Position numbers and translations under genes: made by a program | The notes under the pieces: generated by a model | Database searches by the model: none | The model's input: the letters and a program-made list of their open reading frames with translations, nothing else | What the model was told of the DNA's origin: nothing | Source of the DNA: the human T2T-CHM13v2.0 reference genome, Homo sapiens | NCBI RefSeq assembly: GCF_009914755.1 | Contig: NC_060925.1 | DNA: 64,000 nt | Direction: 5' to 3' (one strand) | Part shown: positions 12,833 to 26,568 of the stretch, one piece after another | How the letters are laid out: every line of letters starts with the position of its first letter | Position numbering within the stretch: the stretch's first letter is position 1

Positions 12833-14276
12833 ATCTATTTCATCCATAAAAATCAAAATAGCAGATTAAAGTTTCTTGTGACAGTTATGTTTTTTTAATT
12901 TCTCCTGGAAGATCTATGTATAATTTACTATTCATTGTATAGTGATATATGGCATTAAAGAAAATCGATTATCTTTTTACTTTTTATGTTGGGTCTAATT
13001 TTGTCTTAGTTAACTTTGCTAAAAGTAGCACATTCAAAGAAATTTTTAAGTCTGATTATGATAATTATTTTTAGAGCTGGAAATATTTACACTTATTACA
13101 TTTGCTATATTTTTGTTTTTTCTGGTCACCTTGTTTCAAGTTTGATAATTCTATCATTTTCATTTATTTTTAAACTTTTTATATGTTTGTCTTTATATGT
13201 AGCAGGAAATTTTCAAAATACACATGAAGCTTTTTACATTCACAAGTTGTTAAGGTTGGCAATAATATTTTAAACTTAATTTTTCTGGTTGAAAATGGAA
13301 ATATTAATAAATTTGAATTTCCACTCTCTGCTTAATTTTTCTAAGGTTTTACTCAAATTCAGATCTCTAAGTATTTATTTATATCATCGGAGTGTATAAA
13401 CCTGGGTCACTTAAACTTAATAGTTCTCTTTATTGTTAAATACTGTCTCTTCCAAGAATTATATTTTAACATTTCCTTGAAATTTTAAAACAATATTTAC
13501 TATTTTTCACTAAACTCTGTGTGATAATTTTTAGTGTGAATGACATTTGTGTGGCTACATTTTATTTTATTTGCACTATTATCACACCCTCCAAACTCCT
13601 TTTTATTTTCACCCTATTTTTTTCTTGCCGTATGGTCTTCTGTTTCTAGAGATACCACAATTTCCTACAATCTATTGAAGAGACCAGGCATTCATGTGTG
13701 CTTGTTTGTGTATGTGTATATCAGGGAAAGGGATCATGAAGAGGTAATCTCTCCTACTGAATCTTTAAGATATTTATTTCTTTCGTTTAGCTATTTTGAA
13801 AAATGTGTTACCTTCTCCCTTCAGTAAAAGCATGGTCTCCCTACTATTAACCTCATACTGTTATGTAATGCAAGTCCAAAGCTACTGTTGTATTATAGCA
13901 TGTATATATATATATGTACATAATATGTATAATATATTACTGTATTATTTTATTTGTTATGTGGAATAGAGAGGGCTCTATCAATATGTAGATTTTGCTG
14001 AAACAGGATGTGTTGATCAGTGCCTCCAAATCCTTCTTTGGTTTGCAGGAGACTGCACTGATATGTAGTGGTTTGGGCTTAATTATCAGTGTATAGCTGA
14101 GGCGGAATTTACTCTGACATTCATTTCTCTGACAATCTGAACAAGAAAGTCCAGGGGAAACAACATTAACTACACTAAAGTCTATTCCTCTCCCTGTTGG
14201 TAATTTAATTCTGAAAGTCCTTGTTCCTTGTCATAGATATGTAATCATTAATATTAGTACTCGTATATTCCCTTCC

Positions 14277-14410
14277 AGAGTTGCCAAATGTAGCAAATAA
14301 AAATACATGGCAAACAAATAAATTAAAATTTAAATAGAGAAAAATATTTTCTGCTTCTTTATTTTTTGGTTTAATTGTGTCTCAAATATTACATGGGGCA
14401 TCCTTATTTG
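14277..14410. mobile_element. MER53-like hAT MITE remnant
   Basis: agagttgccaaatgtagcaaataaaaataca resembles the MER53 terminus. Confidence 0.6.
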
Positions 14411-14869
14411 ATATCTTCCTACCACATCATTCTTGCCATGTGCCAATTCCAAACATGGTGAGAGAGAGAGATCATTTTTCTGTGGCTACATCTCAAGGTA
14501 GGATCCTGTCGTAGAGAGGGAGCTGCGAAGTTGCTATTAGGATCCAACTCTGGGCTTCTGAGTAGTTAGCTGATGGTAATGACACAGCTCCCTTCTGTAT
14601 TTAGGGTAAGTGCCACCTTTGTTGAGGCATTTGGGCTTGCTCATCTGAAGTATTAAAATATGTTTTGCTAGTCTTATAACTTTTAAGAAGCTTATAACTA
14701 CTTCAATGCCTCTCATATTCTGGCAGAAGGTTACATATTAACCATAATTTTCTGTGTTGTTATGAGTTTTCATTTTCCCTCCTGATAATTTATACAGTAT
14801 TTTAATAGGAAGTTTGAAGTGATTTCTATCTGGATTGCTACTTTAAAGACATTTTAAACCAGAATCCTC

Positions 14870-15290
14870 ATAGTTTTTATTATAGAAAATTGTACATTCT
14901 TAAAAACAACTCTTTATCAGTAAATACTTGTCCAATTCTTATTCCTGATGAAAAATACTTGTATTTTAATTCTTAATAACTTGTACTTAAATGGATTCTT
15001 ATGTATCCCAATATTATGAAGTTTTTTTCCTCTGTTTTCTTCTAGAAATTTAGTATTTTTGCCTTTCCTATTGAGATCATTATTCCATATAAAATAGGCT
15101 TATATATATGTTATGAAGAAAGGATTAAATTTCTGCTTTTCTCATATGGATACCCATATAAAGAAACACTTATTCAAAAGTTCACTCTTTCCCACACATG
15201 ATTTCATTATAATCCTGTCACATATGAAGTGACCATATAGTGGTTTAACTCTTTTTAGACCATCTTGTCTTTCCTTAGTCATTTTTTAAA
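14870..15290 (-). mobile_element. Old L1 (L1M) fragment
   Basis: Antisense ORF2 3'-like text (ttttcttctagaaattt...catatggataccca...cacttattcaaaag). Confidence 0.6.
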
Positions 15291-16916
15291 TATAATTTTT
15301 TTTCAAGGAACATGACTGAAAAGACCAGTAAGTCATAACATTCACCTCAATTGTCTCCTATTCTCAAATTGGAGCATTATTTGAGTGCTCTGAAGAAGCA
15401 CATCAAGTTGTGATAATATGACATGTCTGTATAATATTTTGAAAAATTATAAGAAAATCAACATCATTTTCCCAATAATTCACTTACACATGTGGTTAAC
15501 CAAAGAATGGTAGAAGTTAGGGAAAGAAAAAAAAAAATTTTTGTTTTGAGTCATCATATCTGAAGATTTACCTATGTGAAATGTTTATTTTATGATAATG
15601 AAAGTTGCCAGCCTCTGACCTTAGAACTCATATCAGTAGTTCAAGATAACTGCATCTAAGTTTGAGCCACTAAAAATGAGTCCCTTGTCTAGAGATCCTC
15701 TAATGTATTAAAAGAATAAAGATTTCCACAGCCTAGAGAAGATTATACATATCCTGACAGGCTTACAGCCTGAGGATAGTGTTTCTAGAATACAACTGCA
15801 AACACAAGGCTCCAGCTTACTAAGGCGCCAAGTGTCCCCCTGTTCTATGCGGCAGAGTAGACAAAATTTCTCCAGGAATAGCTCACTTTCTGAAACTAAA
15901 AACACTTTTAGAAATGCCTTTTTTTTTTTAAATGAGGCAACAAATCTTCCAACTCAGTGATCAATCCACAAATTAATAATCTTTTAAGTCTTAATGTAGT
16001 TTCAAATACAAATTCTGTAAATAACTTTAAATATACACAAGTTTAAAAACATAAATGTAAGTTCTATTAGTTGACAAAAACACACTTTTTCAAACATGAT
16101 GACAATTTTAAAAAATCTTAGCCCTAGCTATGATTTTAGCAATTTTTGATTGTTGTGTCCTTGCCGTTCTATATTTGGAGTGAAAATAAAAATATGTTGC
16201 TGGAGAAGAGGATGAAATGAAGAAAGACAAGTGAAAATAGATTTGACCTAATTATATTAACAGGTTTGATATGTTTTACATTTCTAACTAATGCCTTTCA
16301 GAAACAATGTCAATGCAATATTCCCCTAGAATGTGTTGATGATAGTAATAATAAGCACTAGTAGAACTGGGCTGATCACTTTAGGAAATTACAATCTTTA
16401 AAATGACAAATCAAATATTTAAATATGGAAAACATTAATTTTCCATCTATGTGTTTTAAGTACTCACAAATTCTATATTTTTATGGCAAACATTAATGAA
16501 AAGTGAACTTTCTAAAATATTTTTGAAGACAAATATTAAAGACAAAACTTGCTTTACTAAAACTAAAGGTACCCTAATGAATAAATTATACTGTTCATTT
16601 TATAGCAACTATCAATAACCGTGGCATCATTTGCAATGTTTAAATGGTTTTATAAGAAGTTGTAACCTAGCTCCATTGTTTATAAATGGATTTAATATCT
16701 TTACATGTTTATTCAAGCCACAAAGGTAAAGACATAGTAAGGATAAGTAGCACAGGGCTAATGAAGGTCTTCAGGAAGTGAGTTGCATAAAAACCAAACA
16801 GAATATATGCGCCTTGCAAACAAACCTCAGAGCACTTTTGTTCATTACCTTTAACATCTGTGATCCAAATAATGCCTCTTTCATTCAACCCAGCACCTCT
16901 AAAAACATGTCAAGCT

Positions 16917-17219
<303 letters not shown>

Positions 17220-17540
17220 TCAAGCCATGTTTGCTACTCACAGCTGATTGACTGATAAGCTAAACCACAACAATCACACATAAGACAGCACCTTAGACCT
17301 CCAGATAGAGATGCCGATAAATCACGGAGACATGCTCTGGCATCAGTTTGTGTGATAGAGTGTTAAAAATCCTCTTGCAGAGTGCTAAAATCTAACACAT
17401 TCTTAGAATCCTAAAATCAGGTAGCTTCACTCAATCTGTGAGGAAAAACTGGCTAAATCAATAAACACACATAAAAATAAATGAACCCAGAATCATAAAA
17501 TGTTGACAATTTCTGCTACTTTTCAGAAAGAAAAACTTTA

Positions 17541-17863
<323 letters not shown>

Positions 17864-18097
17864 TCGTCATTTCATTTATTTAAAAAATAGAGTAAATCTT
17901 TTCATTAGGCTTATGACAGTGTTATGACTGCATGGAATAAGGGATTTCTTATTTTTGAGAAGGCAAAGCAATAATTGTGTGGTGCTTCATGGAACTTGCT
18001 CAGGACATTCAGTGTCTTCTGTAAATATACATTGCTGATAGGATTTATAAATTTCTCATAATGCTGTATAAATGACTACAGACAAACATGAAGCACA

Positions 18098-18111
18098 GTG
18101 CCCTCTGGTGC
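18098..18111 (-). promoter_or_regulatory. CTCF motif
   Basis: Minus strand GCACCAGAGGGCAC(TG), one mismatch to the core. Confidence 0.45.
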
Positions 18112-19001
18112 ACATAAAACATAAAATAAAATATTTATATAGGAGTATCTACATAGATACAGCCACACAAAAATACACAACAAATGTGCTTCTTTATAAA
18201 TGTTAAACCAATAACTAGGAATTGTAAAAGTCTATCACCAATAAACAAATTGAAGTGATAACTTCACATAAAATGTTCTTCATGGCATAGATCAATATAA
18301 TCTAATCCATCAGGCAACCACTTGTACACTCTTCTACTTAATGTATTCACGGGACATCAGGTGAACAGGCAACCTTTGTTGAATTTAATATATTACTCTT
18401 TTTGTGTAACTTATTTAGATTTTAAACATAGAACATTGATAGATGTTAAAGATCATATATCTTTATCCCATCCATTTCTTTGATCTTTGCTATCATGTCC
18501 TATTTATCTGCTACTTGTTTTTATTCCATTGCTGTTTCCTTTAGCTTCTGAACGTACAATTACCTTTCAGGTAAAAAAGGATGAGGTGACTCAACTTCTC
18601 AGTGACTAGTAGAAGATACCATTTCCATTTAGGCTGAAAAAGGTAACATAGCATTGTATAAGGTAGAAAGGAAAAGCAATTTTTTTAATTTCACTTTAAA
18701 ATTTTGGCTATTTAAAATAAGAAACTCGGCTTCCAAATACATTGCCATTTACTTTAAGGCAGTGTAGCATGCTTAAATTTGGGAGTGATAGACAAGTGGT
18801 CACCATTATCTGTTTTTATCATAATATATTACATCTATAAGAAATACTTTGAATAGCAAGAAAACATTACTATGGTGCATGGTAAATAACAACCCTTCTG
18901 ATAATACCTTTTTCCCGTCTGAAACTTTCCCTTAGAGAAACTTATGTATACACAACCTTCAAGGATGATATTTCTGTAATTGCTTTCCCTTTGCTTCATA
19001 C

Positions 19002-19237
19002 CTGTATATCTTGTATCTTGTGCTAAATCCCTGCCGGCTTCTGTCCACAAAATCTGTGTATTCCTGTGAGCGATGGAAGGGTCCCTTATCAGAGAGGAGC
19101 CAGTCGAAGGGGCTTGTGGCATGCTGATCCGAAACAGCAGCAACCGCTAAAACCCAGCAATGAAGACTCAGTGCTATCCACTCCCATAGAGCCATCAGAG
19201 AGAACAATTCAGCACCAGCTCTGCTTCGCCATATCAT
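19002..19237 (-). CDS. BRINP3: BRINP3 (FAM5C) first coding exon: signal peptide and N-terminus, continuing beyond the window
   Basis: Translation [79 protein letters not shown] is recognised as the BRINP3 N-terminus (family motif [20 protein letters not shown]). It ends at a donor CAG|GTATGA (GT at 19001-19000): 236 nt, phase 2. The ORF-track tail YEAKGK... is intronic read-through. Confidence 0.96.
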
Positions 19238-19287
19238 GCTTCCACTGGGGATTTAGAGCCTTCATTCTCTCAGCTTTCCCTCAACAC
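19002..19287 (-). other. BRINP3: BRINP3 exon 2 (286 nt: 50 nt 5'UTR + 236 nt CDS)
   Basis: Acceptor gtattttgtctAG|GTG (AG at 19289-19288), branch-point-like CTAAT (branch A at 19309), donor at 19001. Confidence 0.9.
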
Positions 19288-19787
19288 CTAGACAAAATAC
19301 ACAGGCAATTAGTTAACTCCTAGAAGATTCCTTTCTCTCAGTTAAGGTGTTGAGGTGGCTAATTTTAAATTTTAATCTAATATCATTGTTTTAAATTAGT
19401 ATTATCAGCAGATAATAAAATACAAACCAAAATTATTTTTTTAGAGCTGTATATCTTTTATACTTTGTTCCTTTTTTATATTAATGGAAAATAAGACATT
19501 GAGTCATAACAGACTTTGTCATAACAATTTTATTCAGTGGATCATTAAAGCCTATTGAGCAAAAATCAGAAGTTGAATGTTTTATAAAGTTGGACTGATG
19601 CAAATAAATAATTAATAAGTTCAAGTATTTCATATATTTCATAAATTGTGTTACAAATTTTAATACTAGATTTAATTTTATTGTATATTTATCTTAAATA
19701 AATGCTTTAAATGAAGCAAAGATATTCATGTAGTTATTTCCATAATCTACATAAACACGGAGTAAAACTGTGGATTTAAGAATACAT

Positions 19788-19925
19788 AAATATATGTATG
19801 TATATGTGTGTATATGTGTGTATACCTATTATAGATATATATAGATATAGAGACAGACACAGAGTGAGACAGAGAGATGATAGAAAGACAGACTGATACA
19901 TGAACAGATGTGTGTGTGTGAGAGT
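19788..19925. repeat. Compound TA/TG/GA simple repeat
   Basis: Seen directly. Confidence 0.8.
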
Positions 19926-21446
19926 GGATGTGAGGAGTAATGTCTTTTCCCAGATTTTTTTTCATTATTCTGTTAGGAAAAAACTGCATATCTGATTATT
20001 TAAACAAAATCATAATTACATTATTTCTAGGGTCTTTAAAGATTTAAATGTGCATCTGTCTTATTCATAAGAAAGTCATACCTCCAAAATTATATGCACA
20101 TAAATTAAGCTAATGCAGACTATTCATAGACTTTGAAACTGCATACATTGTAGTATAATCATTCAAAAAAAAGTAATAAGACGTATAATCCCAGTATGGT
20201 ACAGTGTAAGACACTTTATGCAAAGCTGCTGATGCAATGTCTATATGCTACACCAGAAAATTCTAAAAATATTTGAATTCAATTTTTCTTTCTATCCTCA
20301 TCAGCTTTTCAAACTGTATTATTCATAGCACATAGCACTACAGAGTGCAAAGATTCTGACTAATGAGAAAGGTTTACTTGCATGAGTTCTTACTCAGCAA
20401 AACATCTTTAGAAAAAAAGATTAAGATTTACAGTATTAAGATATATCAGTAATAGTAGCTACCATATTTCTCTGGTATTTGAATAAGAACACTGGTGGTT
20501 TTAATGTACTTTCCTAGCTATAACCCCATTATTTGTATTTAATCCTAAACTATTTCTATCTGAGAGATATAGAGAAATAATTTTGGGGCTCTGAAGTAGC
20601 TCAAAGCAGTGATACAATGAGTGAACTCTTAATATCACGATATCCATAAAAGGACATTCCTCACATACTGTATGAGTTGCCTCAATCATATGAGTTGCTC
20701 ACTGAGGGGATTAAAGCGTACCGTCTTTTGTAAACAACATGGGAAGCCTTACAAGTGAAGACATTTTAAAAATGATTTTCTATAAGAAGGAATATTATAA
20801 TAGAAGAATTTTGGAATAGGAGCTTGGAGATTCTAGGCTTTTTTCTATTATCTATATAAATGTACCATTGTCAAATGATTCAACTCCTAACTTTCAAATT
20901 TGCTGAAAAAATATTTTATATATTTTTTCTTATGAGAACTATACAATTTATTTTAAAATATAGCTTACTTTCATTTATAAACACAATTATTCTTATGTGT
21001 AGTGGTATAGTATAATAATCCTGTGACTAAAAAATATTACTCGTCTTTGTTAAACACACTATTTTTATTTTGCTTATCATATACATTTAAACGGGCAAAA
21101 TTTAATCATTATTTTTAGAATATATAATTTCTTAATTTAAATGAGTAATTTTTCATTTCATAAAGACAGAATAAATTATTCAAACCACTACTCAAGTCCA
21201 TATTACATATATCATCTGAAAGGATGTGTTTCTTAATTGAATAAAACTTCAGTCACACCATCTAAATGAAGTTCTCTTATTAACAAATGTAGATGTGAAC
21301 AAGAATATTATTGAAAAAATTCAAACAGTACTTATTTCATCCTAATAAATAACTTGGAAAACAGTTCTTTGAAAATGAAATCAGATTTTCTCCAAACCCA
21401 ACAACCAATATAGCAAATTAGGATATATAACGTCAAGAGACAATAT

Positions 21447-22010
<564 letters not shown>

Positions 22011-25000
22011 GGTAAAGTTTTAAGTTATATTTTATACTGGTATGAAGCCATGCCATTATACACCTTAAAATTAAACAAATGTTTTGTACTCACACATGTG
22101 ATTTTTGTAATACACAAAGTGTTTTAAAAGTAGGATACAGTTGACCTAGATGGCATTTGAGGTCCTGTTCTACAATTCTGTAATTTTTCAATAGGTGAAT
22201 TACCCAGAACCACTTTCTTATCACTTTCTTTATCAAATGTGTTGAGCTTGTTTCATAGTCTTCATATCCCCTCATTAAAAAAAAAAAAAACTATATTGTG
22301 TATATTTAAGGCGTATAGCATGATGTAATATGGTTACAGTAGTGGAACAATTTAACATATCCATCATTTCACATTGTTATGCATTTTAACATATGGGAAG
22401 ATAGAAAGGTTTTCTTTAATTTTGTGCAGAGAACTACCTAACAATATTACCAGGTAATTATGAGGTAATTATCACATAATTCGGGGGTTTAATTATTTCT
22501 GTTTTTTCTACTTCTGACTTTGGGAACATGTTCCCCACTTCTGTACAGAAATAATTTTTTTCTGAAAGTTTGTTAACACATAGGAATGTCAATCTTACCC
22601 CAAATTAAGTTAATTTTGGTGATATCCTAAAATCATTGTATTTGTAAGAACTTTATAAAGATATTTTGTAATGAACAAATTGAGATATCCCAATAAAGTT
22701 ATACTGAAATAGTGTTTAAGAACTTTTTTCACAAGTTACATGACAGGGAGAAAAGTCATAATAGAATGCCTAAGGCAAGGATGTAAGCTTCTAGCCATCT
22801 TTAGGACAAGTGGTAATTAAACTCAATATTCACCATCAGAAGAGCTTCATTACCTGGTTTGTCACAAAAGTAGATCATTGTACATTTAATTCATATTTTC
22901 ATGAGTACTAATTTATAAATTATTACTGAATTACCTTAATTGGTTGCTTTATTTGGTTTGGGTTATAACCATATTAATCCATGTGTCAGAGATGGTTTAG
23001 TAAATAGAGTTTGTTTGTTACGATGTAGTGTTAGGATATTTTGAGGTGACAAGTGAGGTGAACAGCTAAACTTAGATATACTGCCAAGAAAGAGAAATCA
23101 CAAGTTCCAATGAAAGAGGATAGAAATTATTAAACTAATAATGAATTTATCACTTTTTCTATAGTGTGGGGAAATGCAAAATAGTCCAGAATTTAATATT
23201 CATAACCAAGAGGCTAACTGGCCAACTAAAGAGATGAGAACATCAATGCACCATATTTTCTGGACCATGGGAGAGTGATTTTATATAAAAGAGAGAAATA
23301 AAAGAGAATGAAGAACACAAAAAAACAAAACATTAAAAACAATACAAAATTAAAAACATGACTTTATGTTTAAAACATGGTGTTTAATTAAGTATTTATG
23401 GTTTTTTTCATAAAAAATAAGTCATAAATATTGAAATATCTATTTGAAAAGCAGATATTTAGTATAGGTCCTACTCTTAAATTCTTTCTCACAAAAAAAA
23501 AAAAAAATAACTGTGAAGACCACATCATGATACAAGTTTATTTGCAAATCCTCAATGGCCTTGACAATCTGTGCAGAAATAAAATACATCAAAAATATGT
23601 TACATATATACTAATGTATACTAATGCATATAATACATAATAAATGCATAAATAATATGTGTATAATATATAGTCTAAATATGATTATTCTTTCTTACTA
23701 GCTGTCAGTAGTCTTATTCCAAGGTGGTGGTACCTTACTTTTATCTAAAATACTGATATATCATATATATTTGAAATTCATAAATATTGAAATTTATGAA
23801 AGAAATATTTACTATAACAGTAAAAGTGAATTTCCAGTAGAACTGAAACTACAAAGATATAAACAAAATATTCGGAATCACTGAATTAAACTTAATATCC
23901 TTTAAAGTGGTGGGTCATGTCATAGTGGTGCATCTTTTAAACCTCAGTATCTTATTATCCACAACTGAATTAGATGTCCAGTGATAATTATTACTATTTG
24001 TTAAACAATTAACATTGCAAACTGTATCATTTCTTTTTTTGTATTTGCATTTGGACTGATTTTTGCTGCTTACATATCCAAAATATTCTCTCAGGAACTA
24101 AAACCTGCTGAAGAACTTGAATATGCAAAGTCATTTCAGAAAACCATTGTATCAAACATATTTACTTTCATTTTGAATAATGTAGAACCCATGGAAAACT
24201 GAAAGACTGATACGGTAAACTCTTACATATCTGTCAGTTAGAGTCACCAGTTTTGTTTTCTTTTTTTTCTACCATATTATCACTCTCTGTCTCTTTTTCT
24301 CTTTCCCTGTCTCTCTCCCTCTCATAAATTTTTAAGTATTGGACAAAGGTATAAAGAAAATTGGCTGATTTGCCCAATGTCTGCAACCATTCTCTAAATT
24401 TCTTCTCTTGAGCAAATACTACTTTGCTCTATAAAATAGTTTCTTAACATTAATGCTTACTAATACTGAAGCTTATAAATGTAAAACTATGAATCTTCAA
24501 AATAAAATATCCAATATTCAAAATAACTATTTAAAAAGTCACATTCTTTCAAATAATACGATACATATTATTCTATTAAATCTATTAAATTATAAATGTT
24601 AGAATTATTTATTATAAAATAAAATATTTATATGTAGTACCCCAGAATCTGTTTAAAATCTACAGCATTATTATATAATCATATATAACTATAATAATTA
24701 TTTTTTGATTATTCATTTAAATAAATACTAGCTATGAAATAAATGAATACTAAATACATAATTGTGTAAGTAAATAAATGGTAGATGAGGTAAAAATATT
24801 TTAACATAAATTTTCAATACTTTTTCCACTATAGTTTATTAATTGTTTCAATTCCAATTTGGTAGAAGTAATAATGTAGAAAACCAGAATAAAAAAATAA
24901 ATCTTATTGATCAATTGCAATGTGCAAAATATCATGATAAGTTTTGAGACAGAGGTGGGCCTTAAGTCTTAATAAAGATAGTGCTTCTAGCCTCAGGAAC

Positions 25001-25099
25001 TTACCGGTTTAGGAAGGCCATGTGGAAGGCAGGGCATACTGCCTGTGGCCATTTCTGTTAGAACATGATACCTCTGTCAAGGAAAACTAAACGTTCTCC

Positions 25100-26000
25100 A
25101 AACTTTTTTCTGGTTTTCTTATCTCACTAAATGATACTTCCATCTACTCAAATTTTTAAGCCTAAACATGACTTTGACCTACCTTCTCACTCACATATAC
25201 AATCTGTCCTCAAGTTCTGTACATTCTTCCCCCTAAATATAAGATTTACCACTTTTTCTCCACCCCCATTTTACTTGATCAGCTCATAGTATACGCTCAA
25301 CAATACCAACTTTGCCTCTAAAATGTATTACTGCAATAGCTTCATGACTAGTTTTCCCACTAGCCATGTGGCTCTATCCAATCTGTTCTTTTTACTACAG
25401 TCAGAGTGATCTTACTAAAAAGTTAAATCTGAACATGCAAATCCTTTACCCCCAATTATGTAATGACTTTTGTTTCAGGATATCTGATCTCTTTAAAATA
25501 ACTTATGAAATTATCTTTCCTTGCTTAACTCTCTATCCATATCTTTCTTATGTATATGTGCCAGGAGAGTTATTAACCAAACACCAACTTTGTTTTTCAG
25601 CCATGACCATAGACCTCATCTTCACCCCATTTTCTCTCCAAGATCTTAGTTTATTGCGGTTCCTCTGCCTGAATGACTGTTTGGACTAGGATCTCTTCAT
25701 CTGCCTAACATTGACCTTAAAACCTCAGACTAGATTATCATTTCATTCACAAGGATTTTCATGACCCTACAAAGTTGGTTGGTCATTTTTTTATGCTCCC
25801 ATTACTTTCCCTATGATGGTACATTTACATGATATTTGCTTGCATGTTTGCCCTATTTCCCTGCACATCTCCTTTCCTTCAATTAGATTAATTTTGGGAG
25901 AAAAATAATTGCTCCTATCTTAATGACAAGAAAATAGTCACCAAAGTTTCTGAAATAAACCTGCATAAATAAGTATTGTTAGAGTGAATGAATAAATGTT
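25100..26000 (+). mobile_element. L2 3' fragment
   Basis: Pyrimidine-rich L2-like body ending in aagtattgttagagtgaatgaataaatg. Confidence 0.6.
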
Positions 26001-26269
26001 GATGAAATAAGTACTAAATTAGGGTGCAACTGCAACTGGTGGTGTGATATGGCTGGCAAGACCATATAATAAAAAGAAAATTTATTCTTCATGGAAATAG
26101 AATCTACAGAGAATCTGTATCCGAATCTGCATCTGAGCTGAGTGTCAGGATGAAAATAGCTTTGGCAGTTGAAGAAAGGGAGCAAATTGAGTTATGAGGT
26201 AATGATTTTTAAGACCAGATTGTAAACATATATTGACAAGCTCAAAGAGTATCAAAGCAAAATATTCTT

Positions 26270-26568
26270 TAATTTTAATTTTGATTTTATTTTATTTTGA
26301 GACGGAGTTTCGCCAGGCTGGAGCGCAGTGGCTCGATCTCAGTCGCTGCAACCTCCTCCTCCCAGTTCAGGCGATTCTCCTGCCTCAGCCTCCCAAGTAA
26401 CTGGAATTATAGGCATGCACCATCATTCCCAGCTAATTTTGTATTTTTAGTAGAGATGGGATTTCACCATGTTGGTCAGGCTGGTCTCAAACTCCTGATT
26501 TCAGGTAATCCACTCATCTCAGTCTCCCAAAGTGCTGGGATTACAGGCATGAGACACCATACCTGGCC
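26270..26568 (-). mobile_element. AluS
   Basis: Antisense dimer; TSD aaagcaa(a/g)atattctt. Confidence 0.93.

Noticed and set aside
18959-19001. C-terminal [13 protein letters not shown] of the 92-aa ORF as a real short isoform
   Set aside because: It lies past a good splice donor where family similarity ends. Downstream AATAAA hexamers are expected by chance in AT-rich DNA.
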